From Bacillus thermozeamaize (GTDB lineage Bacteria; Bacillota; Bacilli; ZCTH02-B2): 64,000 bases of DNA. Position 1 is the first letter of the stretch, and every line of letters begins with the position of its first letter. Under the pieces are notes generated by a model. That model saw nothing but the letters and a program-made list of their open reading frames with translations, did not search any database and had not been told where the DNA came from. Positions 48,023 through 59,247 of the stretch are shown piece after piece. A program made the position numbers and the translations under genes. The DNA lies in assembly GCA_002159075.1 (NCBI GenBank), contig LZRT01000085.1:6177-70176 (forward strand), in the 5' to 3' direction.

Positions 48023-49645
48023 ATGATGATGGTCGTTCCTTTGACGATGCGTTCCATTCTGGAGAGGGCCAATCGCTTCTTTCCGAAAAAAGAAATTGTC
48101 ACCCGCACAGAAAATGGACTGTTTCGCTACACGTATCGTGATTTTTACCAGCGGACGGTTCGTTTGGCCAGCGCGTTGCAACGTCTGGGGATCAAAAAGG
48201 GGGAGAGAGTGGCCACCTTTGCCTGGAATCATTACCGTCATCTGGAAGCCTACTTTGCCATCCCTTGCATGGGGGCCGTCCTGCATACGGTGAACATCCG
48301 GTTGTCGGGGGAGCATATCGTTTACATTCTCAATCATGCGGAAGATCAGCTTCTCCTGGTGGATGAGTCCCTGGTGCCGCTCATTGAGGCGATTCAGGAT
48401 CAGCTCAAGACGGTGAAAGGGTATATCATCATGACGGACAAGGAGGAGTTGCCTGCGACCAAGCTCCAGCCAGCATACCATTATGAACGCCTGCTGGCGG
48501 AGGCCGATCCCGATTACCGTTTTCCCGATGACATCGATGAAAACGATCCGATGGGGATGTGCTACACTTCCGCCACCACCGGCAATCCCAAAGGGGTGGT
48601 CTACACGCACCGGGCCATCTATTTGCACAGCTTGGCCGTCGGTTTGGCCGACACCATCGGACTTTCCGAACGAGATACCATTTTACCGATAGTGCCGATG
48701 TTCCACGCCAATGCCTGGGGGATGCCGTTTGCCGCGACGCTGTTCGGCACGAAACAAGTCTATCCGGGTGTCGGGCCAACCCCGAAAGATTTTATCCAGC
48801 TCATTCAGGATGAGAAGGTGACGATTTCTGCGGGCGTGCCGACCATCTGGATCGGAGTATTGCAGGAGCTGGAAAAGGGAGATTATGACATTTCCCATCT
48901 GAAAACGGCGTTATGCGGCGGTTCTGCGGCTCCGAAGTCACTCATCCGGACGTTTGAGGAGAAATATAACGTGATCATGATGCATGCCTACGGAATGACA
49001 GAAACCTCTCCTTTGGCCACCGTTGCCCGGCTGAAAAGTTATCAGGAGGAACTGCCGTTTGAGGAGCGTCTCAATATCCGGGCGTCACAGGGGATTCTCG
49101 TGCCTGGCCTTGAAATTCGGGTGGTGGGTGAAAACGGCGATGTCGCCTGGAACGGAAAAGAGATGGGTGAAATATACCTGCGAGGGAACTGGATCGCCAG
49201 CGAATATTATCAAGATGAGCGAACGAAGGATACTTTTGTCGACGGCTGGCTGCATACCGGCGATGTGGCCACCATTGACGAGGAAGGGTACATCCGTCTG
49301 GTGGACCGGACCAAGGATTTGGTGAAAAGCGGCGGGGAGTGGATCTCCTCGGTCGACCTGGAAAATGCCCTCATGGCCCATCCTGCCGTCCTTGAGGCGG
49401 CGGTTATCGCGGTGCCTCATCCCAAGTGGCATGAGCGGCCGCTCGCCTGTGTCGTTTTGAAGCCCGGCCATGAGGGAAAGGTGAGCAAGGAGGAGCTGCT
49501 GGATTTCCTGCGGCCGCAGTTTGCCAAATGGTGGATTCCGGATGACGTGGTCTTCTTGAAGGAAATTCCTAAAACCAGTGTCGGCAAATTCTTAAAGCGG
49601 GGGTTGCGCGAACAATTCAGCCAGCATTATCAATCTGCCACGTAA
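48023..49645 (+). CDS. AMP-dependent acyl-CoA synthetase/ligase (fourth of four in tandem; long-chain/medium-chain type)
   Basis: AMP-binding motif YTSATTGNPKGV. Length 540 aa. Confidence 0.85.
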   Translation: MMMVVPLTMRSILERANRFFPKKEIVTRTENGLFRYTYRDFYQRTVRLASALQRLGIKKGERVATFAWNHYRHLEAYFAIPCMGAVLHTVNIRLSGEHIVYILNHAEDQLLLVDESLVPLIEAIQDQLKTVKGYIIMTDKEELPATKLQPAYHYERLLAEADPDYRFPDDIDENDPMGMCYTSATTGNPKGVVYTHRAIYLHSLAVGLADTIGLSERDTILPIVPMFHANAWGMPFAATLFGTKQVYPGVGPTPKDFIQLIQDEKVTISAGVPTIWIGVLQELEKGDYDISHLKTALCGGSAAPKSLIRTFEEKYNVIMMHAYGMTETSPLATVARLKSYQEELPFEERLNIRASQGILVPGLEIRVVGENGDVAWNGKEMGEIYLRGNWIASEYYQDERTKDTFVDGWLHTGDVATIDEEGYIRLVDRTKDLVKSGGEWISSVDLENALMAHPAVLEAAVIAVPHPKWHERPLACVVLKPGHEGKVSKEELLDFLRPQFAKWWIPDDVVFLKEIPKTSVGKFLKRGLREQFSQHYQSAT

Positions 49646-49693
49646 CGGACGTTTAGGTTTGGTGGATGGCTTCTTGGCCTTTGCCGTTTTTGG

Positions 49694-49727
49694 GGCGGCC
49701 TGCTTGATGGCGGGCCGCCTTTTCATT
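49694..49727 (+). terminator. Rho-independent terminator ending the ligase array
   Basis: Hairpin ggcggcctgcttgatggcgggccgcc followed by ttttcatt. Confidence 0.45.
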
Positions 49728-49844
49728 CTTGAAAAGGATGCCGGAAGCTCTTTGGAAAAATCATGTTTGCAGTTGCAAAACCGGGATAGTCAGGTAAGAT
49801 GGATATTATAGAAGAAAAAATCGCCTGTTGAGGAAGGTATTGGT

Positions 49845-50504
49845 ATGGAGAGTCTCAACCGGTTGGAAGGGTGGTTTTCACCTGTCAGCATGTTGCAGTC
49901 GGGAGCGCTGACAGCCACCTCCATGTACAACCTGGCCCAGTTCAAACAGCTCTTGATGAAGCAACTGGCTGCACAGCTCGTTGAAGCACAGGATATTGAC
50001 ATGGTGCAAAACAGCGGAAACGCCTCCGCACCCGTTTCAGGATTGTCAGCGGCAGATTGGCTCGGAATGAGACGCCTGTTGGAGAACGCTGCAGCCTCAG
50101 CTGACCCCGGAAAGGATGTGCCTGCACCATCTGCCTTTTCTGGGATCATTGCTGCCGCATCCAAGCGCTACGGCGTACCTGCTCGCCTGATCGAGGCGGT
50201 CATTCGGCAGGAGTCCGGCTTCAACCCGTGGGCCGTATCACCTGCGGGAGCCCAGGGGCTGATGCAACTGATGCCAAAAACGGCAGCCTCCCTTGGTGTG
50301 ACCAATCCCTTTGACCCGGTACAAAATATCGATGCGGGCACCCGATACCTGAGACAGTTGTTGGACCGCTATGGCGGCAATGTGAGGCTGGCGCTGGCGG
50401 CATACAATGCGGGGATGGGCAATGTGGATCGGTATGGCGGGATTCCTCCGTTTCGCGAGACGCAACAATATGTTGACCGGATTATGAGGATGCTGGGCGC
50501 TTGA
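49845..50504 (+). CDS. Lytic transglycosylase (SLT domain) protein, YjbJ-like
   Basis: SLT catalytic region [29 protein letters not shown]...AYNAG. Confidence 0.75.
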   Translation: MESLNRLEGWFSPVSMLQSGALTATSMYNLAQFKQLLMKQLAAQLVEAQDIDMVQNSGNASAPVSGLSAADWLGMRRLLENAAASADPGKDVPAPSAFSGIIAAASKRYGVPARLIEAVIRQESGFNPWAVSPAGAQGLMQLMPKTAASLGVTNPFDPVQNIDAGTRYLRQLLDRYGGNVRLALAAYNAGMGNVDRYGGIPPFRETQQYVDRIMRMLGA

Positions 50505-50715
50505 AACCAAACATACTTGTTGATTTAATCTCTTTTTTGGTCCATAATTAAATATGTGGGAAGTATGGGTTCATTCCCCAGATGAGAAAATAGATGCCAG
50601 AGGACGGCTTTCATGAAGGAAAGAACGCTTTGTGGAGAATGGACAGCCTTCTGGTTGGTTTGACATGAATGTTTGTTGGAAGACGTCCTTCCAAAAAACA
50701 GAGGAGGTATGGGAG

Positions 50716-51330
50716 ATGGCAAAACACGAACTTCCTGCATTGCCATACGCATTTGATGCGTTGGAGCCGCACATTGACGCGCAAACAATGGAAATTCACC
50801 ATGGCCGCCATCATGCGACCTATGTGAATAACCTCAATGCGGCGCTGGAAGGACATCCGGAGCTGCAGCAGAAGTCCGTTGAAGAACTGATCAGCGATTT
50901 GAACAGCATTCCTGAGTCGATTCGCACGGCTGTACGAAACAATGGCGGTGGACACGCAAACCATTCCCTGTTCTGGGAAATCATGAGTCCCCAGGGTGGC
51001 GGCGCGCCGACGGGAGCTTTGGCTGAGGATATCAACAAGACGTTCGGGAGCTTTGAAAAATTCAAGGAAGAATTTACAAAGGCTGCAACCGGCCGCTTTG
51101 GAAGCGGTTGGGCCTGGCTGGTGGTAGATGGCGGAAAGCTGGCCGTCATGAGCACCCCCAATCAGGATAACCCGCTGATGGAGGGCAAAACGCCCATTCT
51201 CGGTCTGGATGTCTGGGAGCACGCCTATTATCTGAAGTACCAGAACCGCCGTCCGGATTACATCGCCGCTTGGTGGAATGTGGTCAACTGGGATGCTGTC
51301 AATGAGCGTTACGCGAAGGCCAAATCGTAA
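50716..51330 (+). CDS. sodA: Superoxide dismutase (Mn/Fe)
   Basis: N-terminus [38 protein letters not shown]-terminal metal-ligand region [11 protein letters not shown] follows GAGGAGG. Confidence 0.95.
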   Translation: MAKHELPALPYAFDALEPHIDAQTMEIHHGRHHATYVNNLNAALEGHPELQQKSVEELISDLNSIPESIRTAVRNNGGGHANHSLFWEIMSPQGGGAPTGALAEDINKTFGSFEKFKEEFTKAATGRFGSGWAWLVVDGGKLAVMSTPNQDNPLMEGKTPILGLDVWEHAYYLKYQNRRPDYIAAWWNVVNWDAVNERYAKAKS

Positions 51331-51370
51331 TGGCCCTCATACAAGACAAGCAGCGAAAGAGGGAATCTGC

Positions 51371-51400
51371 GCAAGCAGGTTCCCTTTTCTGATCGTGCGT
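51371..51400 (+). terminator. Rho-independent terminator after sodA
   Basis: Hairpin gggaatctgcgcaagcaggttccc followed by ttttct. Confidence 0.45.
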
Positions 51401-51565
51401 GCCCATGTGACACATGCTCATACGGGATTGCCGGTTTCGGGCAAGCTTGCTGCCGCGTTTGCCGTTGCAGTTGTCTTTTTCAGTCAGGGTATGATATGTT
51501 CATTTCGTATGGAAACGTGAGTTAAATGTGTCTTGTGATGTGGATTCTTAGAAGGAGGATAAGGA

Positions 51566-52696
51566 TTGTTCCGGACGATTTTATTTGATGTGGACGGGGT
51601 GCTCTTGAGCGAAGAGAGGTATTTTGACGCCTCTGCTTTAACGGTATGGGAATTGCTGAGCAGTCCTTTATACCTCAACCAGCTCGTGACGCCGTCGTTT
51701 CGCCCTGATCCGGAGGAGCCGGTGATTCGATTGTTGCGGAAAACCGTGTTTGATGAGGACAGGGTGCTTGACTTCATCAAGGAACGCGGGATTAATGCGA
51801 ACTGGGATATGGTATATTTGGTTTTCAGCTATCAATTCATTCGTTTTTTGGAAGCAGCTCAACCCGGCTATCGGGAACAAGTGGCGGACTTGCTGTCCCG
51901 GCCGCTAACCGCGGAATCACTGGCTATCTGCCGCACCTGGCAGGTGAGCTATTCTCCACAATGGGACGCCTTTGTGGCGGATTTTTCCCGGGGAACGGCG
52001 GAAAAGCAGGCCTTGCTTTTGGATCTCAACCGCATCGCAGAAGAACGGCTGGGGATGCGCTGTGACGTTTTTTCCCGCCACTCGCCGTTGTGGGATCTTT
52101 GTCAGGAGGCGTTCCAGGAGTGGTATATGGGTGAGGAGAAGTTCAGAGAGTCAACCGGTAAGCCGCCTAAGCAACCTGGCAAGCCGGGTTTCTTGCATGA
52201 CGAGATCCCGATTGTGCCGCCAGAGAAAATGCGCGCATTCTTTGCCCGCTTACAGGAGATGGGGATCGAGCTGGGCATCGGGACAGGCCGGCCTACTGTG
52301 GAGACGATCGAACCGCTTACGGCATTGGGCATCCTTCCGTACTTTAATCATGACCGAATCGTCACCGCAAGCGATGTGCTGGAAACCGAGCGGCGGTACC
52401 CGGAGCGCGCGCCGCTGGCCAAGCCGCAACCCTTTACCTATCTCAAAGGGTGGCTGGGGAAAGAGACGCCGGATGAAGTGGTATTTTCCTTGCCGTTGCC
52501 GATTCAGGAAGGGGACCGTTTATTAGTTGTCGGAGACTCCATTGCCGACCTGATGGCTGCGAAGACGATCGGTTGCCGTTTTTGCGCGACATTGACCGGC
52601 TTGTCCGGGAAAGCCGCCAGGGAGTCTTTTGAGAGACTGGGTGCGGATTACATCGTCGATGATGTGTTGCAAGTGGTGGATCTGCTAGAAAAATAG
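51566..52696 (+). CDS. HAD-superfamily hydrolase-like protein
   Basis: HAD motif I FDVDGVL at the N-terminus. TTG start follows GAAGGAGG. Length 376 aa. Confidence 0.5.
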   Translation: MFRTILFDVDGVLLSEERYFDASALTVWELLSSPLYLNQLVTPSFRPDPEEPVIRLLRKTVFDEDRVLDFIKERGINANWDMVYLVFSYQFIRFLEAAQPGYREQVADLLSRPLTAESLAICRTWQVSYSPQWDAFVADFSRGTAEKQALLLDLNRIAEERLGMRCDVFSRHSPLWDLCQEAFQEWYMGEEKFRESTGKPPKQPGKPGFLHDEIPIVPPEKMRAFFARLQEMGIELGIGTGRPTVETIEPLTALGILPYFNHDRIVTASDVLETERRYPERAPLAKPQPFTYLKGWLGKETPDEVVFSLPLPIQEGDRLLVVGDSIADLMAAKTIGCRFCATLTGLSGKAARESFERLGADYIVDDVLQVVDLLEK

Positions 52697-52739
52697 TATA
52701 TTTAAAAGTGTGACAAGTTCGGAGAAGGAGGAAAATGAT

Positions 52740-54410
52740 TTGCGCAGCGACAAGATAAAAAAGGGGATTGATCGCGCGCCCCATCGGGCGCTCTTAAAAG
52801 CGACCGGCTTAACAGACGAAGATATGAACAAGCCGTTTATCGGCATTTGCAACTCGTATGTAGACATCGTGCCGGGGCATGTCCATTTGCAGGAGTTTGG
52901 GCGGATCATCAAGGAGGCGGTGCGCGAGGCAGGCGGCGTGCCTTTTGAGTTCAATACGATTGGCGTCGATGACGGCATTGCCATGGGACATATCGGGATG
53001 AGATATTCCTTGCCCAGCCGGGAGATCATTGCTGACGCGCTGGAGACCATGGTGATGGCCCATTGGTTTGATGCCCTGATCTGCATTCCCAATTGCGACA
53101 AGATCACGCCCGGAATGATGATGGGTGCCATGCGTGTCAACGTGCCGACCATTTTTATCAGCGGCGGTCCGATGGCTGCCGGGAGGACGGATGATGGCCA
53201 ACCCGTCGACCTCATTTCGGTGTTTGAAGGGGTAGGGGCTTACCAGGCGGGCAAGATTGACGAAGCGCGGCTCAAGCATATCGAAGATATGGCGTGCCCG
53301 TCTTGTGGTTCCTGTTCCGGGATGTTTACCGCCAACTCGATGAACTGCCTGGCAGAGGCATTGGGTCTGGCGCTTCCCGGCAACGGAACCATCCTGGCCC
53401 GGACGCCGGAACGGGAGGAACTGGCCCGCCAGGCGGCCCGCAAGATCATGGAACTGATCGAAAAGGACATCAAGCCGCGGGATATTGTGACCGTAGAGTC
53501 GATGGATAATGCCCTGATCCTGGATATGGCGATGGGCGGGTCCACCAACACCGTGTTGCATGCGATGGCGATCGCCAATGAAGCCGGGATCGATTATCCC
53601 TTGTCGCGGATCAACGAATTGTCGAAGCGGGTGCCGCATATTTGTAAAGTATCACCCGCATCCCATTATCACATCGAAGATGTGCACCGGGCGGGAGGGG
53701 TTTCGGCGATTCTGAAAGAGGTGAGCAAGATTGAGGGGCTGCTCAATCTGGACTGCATTACTGTGACCGGCAAAACGCTGGGAGAGAACATTCAAGACGC
53801 AGAGGTTTTGGATCCGGAAGTGATTCGGCCGATTGATAACCCCTACAGCCCGACCGGCGGACTGACCATCCTTTACGGAAACCTGGCCCCGGATGGTGCG
53901 GTTATCAAGTCTGCGGCCGTGGATGAATCGGTGCAGCGTTTTTCTGGCCCGGCTGTGATTTTTGAATCCCAGGACGAGGCGTTGGCCGGCATTGCCCTGG
54001 GTAAGGTGAAAGCCGGTGATGTGGTCGTGATCCGCTATGAAGGCCCGCGCGGCGGTCCGGGAATGCCGGAGATGCTGGCGCCCACCTCGGCCATCCAGGG
54101 AATGGGGCTGGGCAAGGAGGTCGCCTTGATTACGGACGGCCGTTTTTCTGGCGGGACGCGGGGCATTTGTATCGGCCATATTTCACCCGAAGCGGCAGAA
54201 GGGGGTCCCATTGCGGTCCTGAGGAATGGGGATATTGTGACCATCGACATTCCCAATGGCATTTTGCGCGTGGAACTGTCGGATGAAGAGCTGGCTGCCA
54301 GGCTGGCAGAATGGAAGGAACCGGAACCGAAGATTAAGCACGGGTATCTGAAACGGTATGCAAAGATGGTGACATCAGCCAGCACCGGGGCAATCCTAAA
54401 GGTGGATTGA
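52740..54410 (+). CDS. ilvD: Dihydroxy-acid dehydratase
   Basis: Near-identical to Bacillus IlvD along its whole length ([19 protein letters not shown]...[18 protein letters not shown]...[16 protein letters not shown]...). TTG start sits 8 nt after AAGGAGG. Confidence 0.93.
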   Translation: MRSDKIKKGIDRAPHRALLKATGLTDEDMNKPFIGICNSYVDIVPGHVHLQEFGRIIKEAVREAGGVPFEFNTIGVDDGIAMGHIGMRYSLPSREIIADALETMVMAHWFDALICIPNCDKITPGMMMGAMRVNVPTIFISGGPMAAGRTDDGQPVDLISVFEGVGAYQAGKIDEARLKHIEDMACPSCGSCSGMFTANSMNCLAEALGLALPGNGTILARTPEREELARQAARKIMELIEKDIKPRDIVTVESMDNALILDMAMGGSTNTVLHAMAIANEAGIDYPLSRINELSKRVPHICKVSPASHYHIEDVHRAGGVSAILKEVSKIEGLLNLDCITVTGKTLGENIQDAEVLDPEVIRPIDNPYSPTGGLTILYGNLAPDGAVIKSAAVDESVQRFSGPAVIFESQDEALAGIALGKVKAGDVVVIRYEGPRGGPGMPEMLAPTSAIQGMGLGKEVALITDGRFSGGTRGICIGHISPEAAEGGPIAVLRNGDIVTIDIPNGILRVELSDEELAARLAEWKEPEPKIKHGYLKRYAKMVTSASTGAILKVD

Positions 54411-54427
54411 CCGGAGCAATAGGGAAC

Positions 54428-54452
54428 GGGGGCGTCATGCCCCTTTTTTCTT
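54428..54452 (+). terminator. Rho-independent terminator after ilvD
   Basis: Hairpin gggggcgtcatgcccc followed by tttttt. Confidence 0.4.
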
Positions 54453-54491
54453 TTCCTTCCTGGAATGAAACTCTTCTTGAGGAGGGAACGC

Positions 54492-56297
54492 ATGGGTCAC
54501 GTTAATCTGACTTCGCTCATGGTTGTGGTCTTGGTCGCTTTTCTGGTGCCGATTCTCATCCATCGCACGCGCCTTGCGATGCCTGTCGTCGTAGCCGAAA
54601 TTCTCGCAGGCATGCTTATCGGGCAGACGGGCTTCAACCTGATCAAACCGGATGCTTGGTTAGAGTTGTTGTCATTGCTGGGGTTTATTTATTTGATGTT
54701 CCTCAGTGGCTTAGAGATTGATTTTTCGATGATCACGGCATCCGGCCGAAAAAAGGGAAAGGTCAATCCGCTCGTTGCAGGGAGCGGCGTGTTTATCCTG
54801 ATCCTTCTATTGTCTTTTGTCCTGGCATTGGGTTTAGCGAAGATCGGTCTTGTGGATGATTTCTTTTTGATGACAATCATCATTGCCACGATTTCTTTGG
54901 GTGTCGTATTGCCCACGTTAAAGGAAAAAGGGATCGAGCGAACTGAAATCGGCCAGATATTCTTGATCATCGCCGTGCTTTCAGACTTTGTAACCATGAT
55001 CCTGCTGGCTGTGTATGTCTCCTTTCATGGAAGAGGCAGCGGAGGGAAAGTGGTTTTTCTCTTATTTTTGTTTTTGGCCGTCTTTTTGGCGTACCGGATC
55101 GCCAAAATGTTGATGCATGGGCGGGGATTTGAAGGACTAGAAAAGGCCACCAGTCAGATTGGCGTGCGCGGAGCGTTTGCGCTGATCCTGTTTTTTGTCG
55201 CTTTGGCTGAGTCGGTGGGCGCGGAGGGGATTCTGGGCGCCTTCCTGGCTGGTGCGACGCTTTCCTTGCTTTCTCCGCGTCGGGAATTTGTCCACAAGCT
55301 GGATTCATTTGGCTACGGATTTTTGATCCCGATTTTTTTTGTGATGGTCGGGGTGCGGCTGGATCTGCACGGAATGCTTCAGGAACCGCATCTTTTGTTG
55401 TTGGTTCCGTTGTTGTTGCTGATCCTCTTTCTTTCCAAGATGTTGCCCATGTTATTGTTGAGGATATGGTTTCCCGGCCGGATCGTGCTGGCGGGTGGCG
55501 TTTTTTTGACGGCCACCTTGAGCCTGGTCATTGCTGCCGGCGAAATTGGCATGCAGCTCGGGTTGCTGACTTCGGCCACCCATACCGCTTTGGTTTTGAC
55601 TGCGGTGGTTTCTTCCATCGTTTCGCCCATATTGTTTGACCGGATCTTTCCGAAACAGGAAAGCCGGCCCATGTCTGTTCACATTTTAGGGGCCAGCACG
55701 GTGACGTTGCCGCTCGTCAATGACCTGGTAAATCGAGGGGTTCTTGTCAAGGTGTTTACCACCGAAGCCACACAGGATGGAGATTATCCTTTTGTGCGAT
55801 TGGAGCAGCTGGAAAAAGAAACATTGCGACAGACAGGTTTCTTTCACGCAGATGTGGTCGTATGCGGTACGGGTAACGGGAAACTGAACCTGGAAATCGC
55901 ACTGGCGGCAAAGGAATTGGGGATGGAACATGTGGTATGCATTTTGGAGGATCCGCTGCTTCAGGAAGAAGCCCGCAAGCATGAGATCCACCTTTTCTCC
56001 TCGGCATTGGCGGGCAAAGCCTACCTGAAGGCGATGGTTCTTTTTCCGCGCCTTTTGGATTGGATTACGTTGCAGGATGAAGCGTCCACACTGGTCGAGG
56101 TGAGGATGCAAAATCCGATGTATGAAGGCCGAAAGCTGAGGGAGATTCCGTTTTTGGGCGACGCGCTCATCCTCCGAATCTACCGGGACGATGAAAGCAT
56201 CACGCCTCATGGTGATACGGTGCTGCAGCTAGGCGATACACTGCTGGTCAGTGGCGGGCTGGAGCATGTCACGGTGTTGCGGGAACATTTTTCGTGA
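54492..56297 (+). CDS. Cation:proton antiporter (CPA family Na+/H+ or K+/H+ exchanger) with C-terminal regulatory (TrkA-C-like) domain
   Basis: About 600 aa. N-terminal 11-12 TM helix Na_H_Exchanger-like region. Soluble C-terminal domain. ATG follows GAGGAGGG. Confidence 0.8.
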   Translation: MGHVNLTSLMVVVLVAFLVPILIHRTRLAMPVVVAEILAGMLIGQTGFNLIKPDAWLELLSLLGFIYLMFLSGLEIDFSMITASGRKKGKVNPLVAGSGVFILILLLSFVLALGLAKIGLVDDFFLMTIIIATISLGVVLPTLKEKGIERTEIGQIFLIIAVLSDFVTMILLAVYVSFHGRGSGGKVVFLLFLFLAVFLAYRIAKMLMHGRGFEGLEKATSQIGVRGAFALILFFVALAESVGAEGILGAFLAGATLSLLSPRREFVHKLDSFGYGFLIPIFFVMVGVRLDLHGMLQEPHLLLLVPLLLLILFLSKMLPMLLLRIWFPGRIVLAGGVFLTATLSLVIAAGEIGMQLGLLTSATHTALVLTAVVSSIVSPILFDRIFPKQESRPMSVHILGASTVTLPLVNDLVNRGVLVKVFTTEATQDGDYPFVRLEQLEKETLRQTGFFHADVVVCGTGNGKLNLEIALAAKELGMEHVVCILEDPLLQEEARKHEIHLFSSALAGKAYLKAMVLFPRLLDWITLQDEASTLVEVRMQNPMYEGRKLREIPFLGDALILRIYRDDESITPHGDTVLQLGDTLLVSGGLEHVTVLREHFS

Positions 56298-56307
56298 GCC
56301 TAAAAAA

Positions 56308-56342
56308 CCCCTATTCGAACCGGTACCGGGTTCGGATAGGGG
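56308..56342 (-). terminator. Terminator hairpin between convergent antiporter and ddl genes (T-run on minus strand)
   Basis: 35-nt hairpin cccctattcgaaccggtaccgggttcggatagggg flanked by an A-run on the plus strand (T-run for minus-strand ddl). Confidence 0.5.
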
Positions 56343-56399
56343 TTGGCAGGATAGGGCATTTCATCATTTGGAATTTTGTGGGGCATCTTATTCTTTGAC

Positions 56400-57563
56400 T
56401 TATGTCTTTTTTGTGGAAGAGACTGGGGAGCTGGACAGGGAATCAGGGAAGATCTGAGTCTTTTTCTTTTCCTCATGTCTCTCCAGGGCGAGTTGAATCA
56501 ACCGATCAATCAGTTGCGGGTAGGAGATGCCGCTGTGCTGCCATAACAAGGGATACATGCTATACTGGGTAAAACCGGGCATCGTGTTGATTTCGTTGAT
56601 CAAAACCCGTCCGTCGGAACGGCAGAGGAAGAAATCGACGCGTGACAGGCCGGAGGCATCAATGGCTTTGAAAGCTTCAATGGCCATCTCCTGGATTTGC
56701 CGTACCGTGCTTTCCGGCAGTTCGGCCGGGATGATGAGGGCGGATTGGCCATCAAGGTATTTGGCCTCATAATCGTAGAATTCCTTTGACGGAATAATTT
56801 CCCCGGGAATGGAGGCCAGCGGTTCATCGTTGCCGAGGATGGCCACCTCAATCTCGCGCGCATCGACGTAGGCTTCGACAATGATTTTCCGGTCGAACCG
56901 GGACGCGGTGTCCATGGCGGTGAGCAGTTCTTCTTTTGTTTTTGGCTTGGAAATGCCCACGCTGCTCCCCAGGTTGGCGGGTTTGACAAAGCAGGGAAGG
57001 CCCAGCCTGTCGATAATTTCTTCTAAGACGCCGGAGCGGTTTTTTTCCCAGTGGTTCCGCGTGTACACTAGGTAATCCACTTGCGGCAGCCCCCGTGAGG
57101 CGAAGACGGTTTTCATCATCGCCTTGTCCATACCGACGGCCGAGGCGAGGACACCGGATCCGACGTAGGGGATATCCGCCAGCTCCAGCAGTCCCTGGAC
57201 GGTCCCATCTTCACCGTTCGGGCCGTGCAGGAGGGGGAAGACCACATCCACATCTTGTGGAGAGCCTTTGGGTTGCCCCGGTGGGGCCACTGACCGGCAG
57301 GCCGGAAAAATGCCTGAAAGCCCTTGGACAGCGAGGCGGCAGGAACCGTTTTGTCCGTCCAGCCGCAACTGCTCGGGTGAAGCGGGCGGCCGGGTGATAG
57401 TTTCTCCCTGGATCCACGTGCCATCCAGCGTGATGTATGTTGGGATGGGCTCATACCGAGAAAGATCCAATGCGTTCAATACGGAAAAGGCGGTCTGGAT
57501 GGACACTTCGTGTTCACCCGATTTCCCGCCGTAGAGTAGGGCCAAGCGAATTTTCTCAGTCAT
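56400..57563 (-). CDS. ddl: D-alanine--D-alanine ligase
   Basis: N-terminus MTEKIRLALLYGGKSGEHEVSIQTA. ATP-grasp Ddl family. ATG sits 7 nt after AAAGGAGG on the minus strand. Confidence 0.9.
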   Translation of the reverse strand: MTEKIRLALLYGGKSGEHEVSIQTAFSVLNALDLSRYEPIPTYITLDGTWIQGETITRPPASPEQLRLDGQNGSCRLAVQGLSGIFPACRSVAPPGQPKGSPQDVDVVFPLLHGPNGEDGTVQGLLELADIPYVGSGVLASAVGMDKAMMKTVFASRGLPQVDYLVYTRNHWEKNRSGVLEEIIDRLGLPCFVKPANLGSSVGISKPKTKEELLTAMDTASRFDRKIIVEAYVDAREIEVAILGNDEPLASIPGEIIPSKEFYDYEAKYLDGQSALIIPAELPESTVRQIQEMAIEAFKAIDASGLSRVDFFLCRSDGRVLINEINTMPGFTQYSMYPLLWQHSGISYPQLIDRLIQLALERHEEKKKTQIFPDSLSSSPVSSTKKT

Positions 57564-57703
57564 AAAAAACCTCCTTTGCTCCTTCTCCATTATATCGGAT
57601 CATCGCCTATTGGTGAGCAGAAAGTGAGACGGCGGCCATCTTGACAACTATCATTCATTTGCGAAATGTTATTCTTATGTAGAGAAAAGGAGCGGTCAAT
57701 GAG

Positions 57704-58555
57704 ATGGAGCGAGCAGATTTGCATACACACACTCGGGCATCCGACGGATGGCATTCAGCCGAAGAGCTTTTGCTGATGGCCCGCAAGGCAGGCCTTCGAG
57801 CGATTGCCGTCACGGATCATGACACGGTAGGCGGCTTGCAAGAGGCATTGGACATCGGACAACGGCTGGGGATTGAGGTTGTCCCTGGGATTGAGATCAG
57901 CACCTTATATGAGGGAATCGACGTTCATGTTCTGGGTTACTATGTCGATTTTACTGATCCATGGTTTCTCCGCCGGCTCGAGGAACTTCGCGACACGCGC
58001 GATTTGAGGAACCGAATGATTGTGGAACGATTGCGGGAGCTGGGAATAGAGATTGACCTCCAAGAAGTTTATGCGAAGCAGGAGCGAGGGGGGAATGTCG
58101 GAAGGCCGCATATTGCCGCTGTCTTGGTCGACAAGGGAGTGGTGGGTTCGGTGGAGGAGGCCTTTGAACAGTACCTGGGAACAGGGAGAAAAGCCTATGT
58201 CGTGCCGCCGCGGATCAGCCCGCTTGAGGCGCTGGAGTTGATTCACCAGGCGGGCGGTGCATGTGTATTGGCGCATCCCGGTTTGTACGGAAAAGATGAT
58301 CTCATCGAACAAATGATCGCAAAAGGGATGGATGGGTTGGAAGTTTACCATCCGGATCACGCTTCGGATGAAGAGGCCCGTTATTCGAGGATGGCCGAGG
58401 AAAAGGGGTTGATTATCACAGGGGGATCCGATTTTCATGGCGTCAGAGACGGCCGGGCATTTCATGGCCCGATCGGAGCGAAGACGGTCGATATGTCTGC
58501 CGTCCACGCATTAAGGGAGCAAGCGATGGCTTGGAGGAAGAAAACGCAATCATAA
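57704..58555 (+). CDS. PHP-domain phosphoesterase (TrpH/YcdX-like)
   Basis: N-terminus ADLHTHTRASDGWHSAEELLLMARKAGLRAIAVTDHD matches the PHP family His/Asp motifs. Confidence 0.75.
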   Translation: MERADLHTHTRASDGWHSAEELLLMARKAGLRAIAVTDHDTVGGLQEALDIGQRLGIEVVPGIEISTLYEGIDVHVLGYYVDFTDPWFLRRLEELRDTRDLRNRMIVERLRELGIEIDLQEVYAKQERGGNVGRPHIAAVLVDKGVVGSVEEAFEQYLGTGRKAYVVPPRISPLEALELIHQAGGACVLAHPGLYGKDDLIEQMIAKGMDGLEVYHPDHASDEEARYSRMAEEKGLIITGGSDFHGVRDGRAFHGPIGAKTVDMSAVHALREQAMAWRKKTQS

Positions 58556-58668
58556 TTAAGCACAATCTTAAATCAAAAGACCTCTCCTTTGTTCATCATG
58601 GAAGCCTGCCTCACTCTTTGTGTCTCAATGTGATGGCAGGTTTTTTCTTTCCGTGGTGGATTCTTTTA

Positions 58669-58697
58669 TTGCAAGATCAAGCCACTTCAGTTATAAT
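58669..58697 (+). promoter_or_regulatory. Sigma-A-type promoter for the tRNA cluster (TTGCAA-17-TATAAT)
   Basis: -35 TTGCAA at 58669-58674 and -10 TATAAT at 58692-58697, 17-bp spacer, about 16 bp upstream of tRNA-Asp. Confidence 0.45.
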
Positions 58698-58713
58698 GGT
58701 TCGTGTCATACAG

Positions 58714-58790
58714 GGAGCCGTGGTGAAGCTGGAGTTCACGCCTGCCTGTCACGCAGGAGGTCGCGGGTTCGAATCCCGTCGGCTCCGCCA
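58714..58790 (+). tRNA. tRNA-Asp (anticodon GTC)
   Basis: Cloverleaf built manually: acceptor GGAGCCG/CGGCTCC, anticodon loop CTGTCAC, T-loop TTCGAAT, encoded CCA. Anticodon and T arms match Bacillus tRNA-Asp. Confidence 0.85.
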
Positions 58791-58818
58791 TCCTCAAGGA
58801 AATTCTGGTGCACTAGGA

Positions 58819-58850
58819 TTGACAGCGGCGAGAATTTGGCTTATGATAAT
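58819..58850 (+). promoter_or_regulatory. Internal sigma-A-type promoter (TTGACA-17-TATGAT) before the second tRNA
   Basis: Consensus -35 TTGACA at 58819-58824, followed by tatgataat. Confidence 0.4.
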
Positions 58851-58867
58851 TCTTGTCTCTGACACAT

Positions 58868-58943
<76 letters not shown>

Positions 58944-58982
58944 GTACCCCTTTTTCAAGAATTAAGGGATAAACGGCATGTT

Positions 58983-59071
58983 GCCGGGGTGGCGGAATAG
59001 GCAGACGCACAGGACTTAAAATCCTGGGGTGGGTGACCACCGTACCGGTTCGATTCCGGTCCTCGGCACCA
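58983..59071 (+). tRNA. tRNA-Leu (anticodon TAA), long variable arm
   Basis: Acceptor GCCGGGG/CCTCGGC (one G-U pair), anticodon stem-loop CAGGA-CTTAAAA-TCCTG, long variable arm, encoded CCA. Confidence 0.85.
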
Positions 59072-59132
59072 TTTCATAACGAACTGGCAATGAAATTTGC
59101 TTGTAAGGATGGTTCCAGTCATCATATTATAT

Positions 59133-59207
59133 GGGCAGTTAGCTCAGTGGGAGAGCGCCACCTTGACACGGTGGAGGTCGGAGGTTCGATCCCTCTACTG
59201 CCCACCA
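59133..59207 (+). tRNA. tRNA-Val (anticodon GAC)
   Basis: Acceptor GGGCAGT/ACTGCCC, anticodon stem-loop CCACC-TTGACAC-GGTGG, T-loop TTCGATC, encoded CCA. Confidence 0.85.
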
Positions 59208-59220
59208 TAACAGCGCAACG

Positions 59221-59247
59221 AAACCCTTGAAAATCAAGGGTTTTTTC
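59221..59247 (+). terminator. Rho-independent terminator after the tRNA cluster
   Basis: Hairpin aaacccttgaaaatcaaggg followed by tttttt. Confidence 0.6.
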
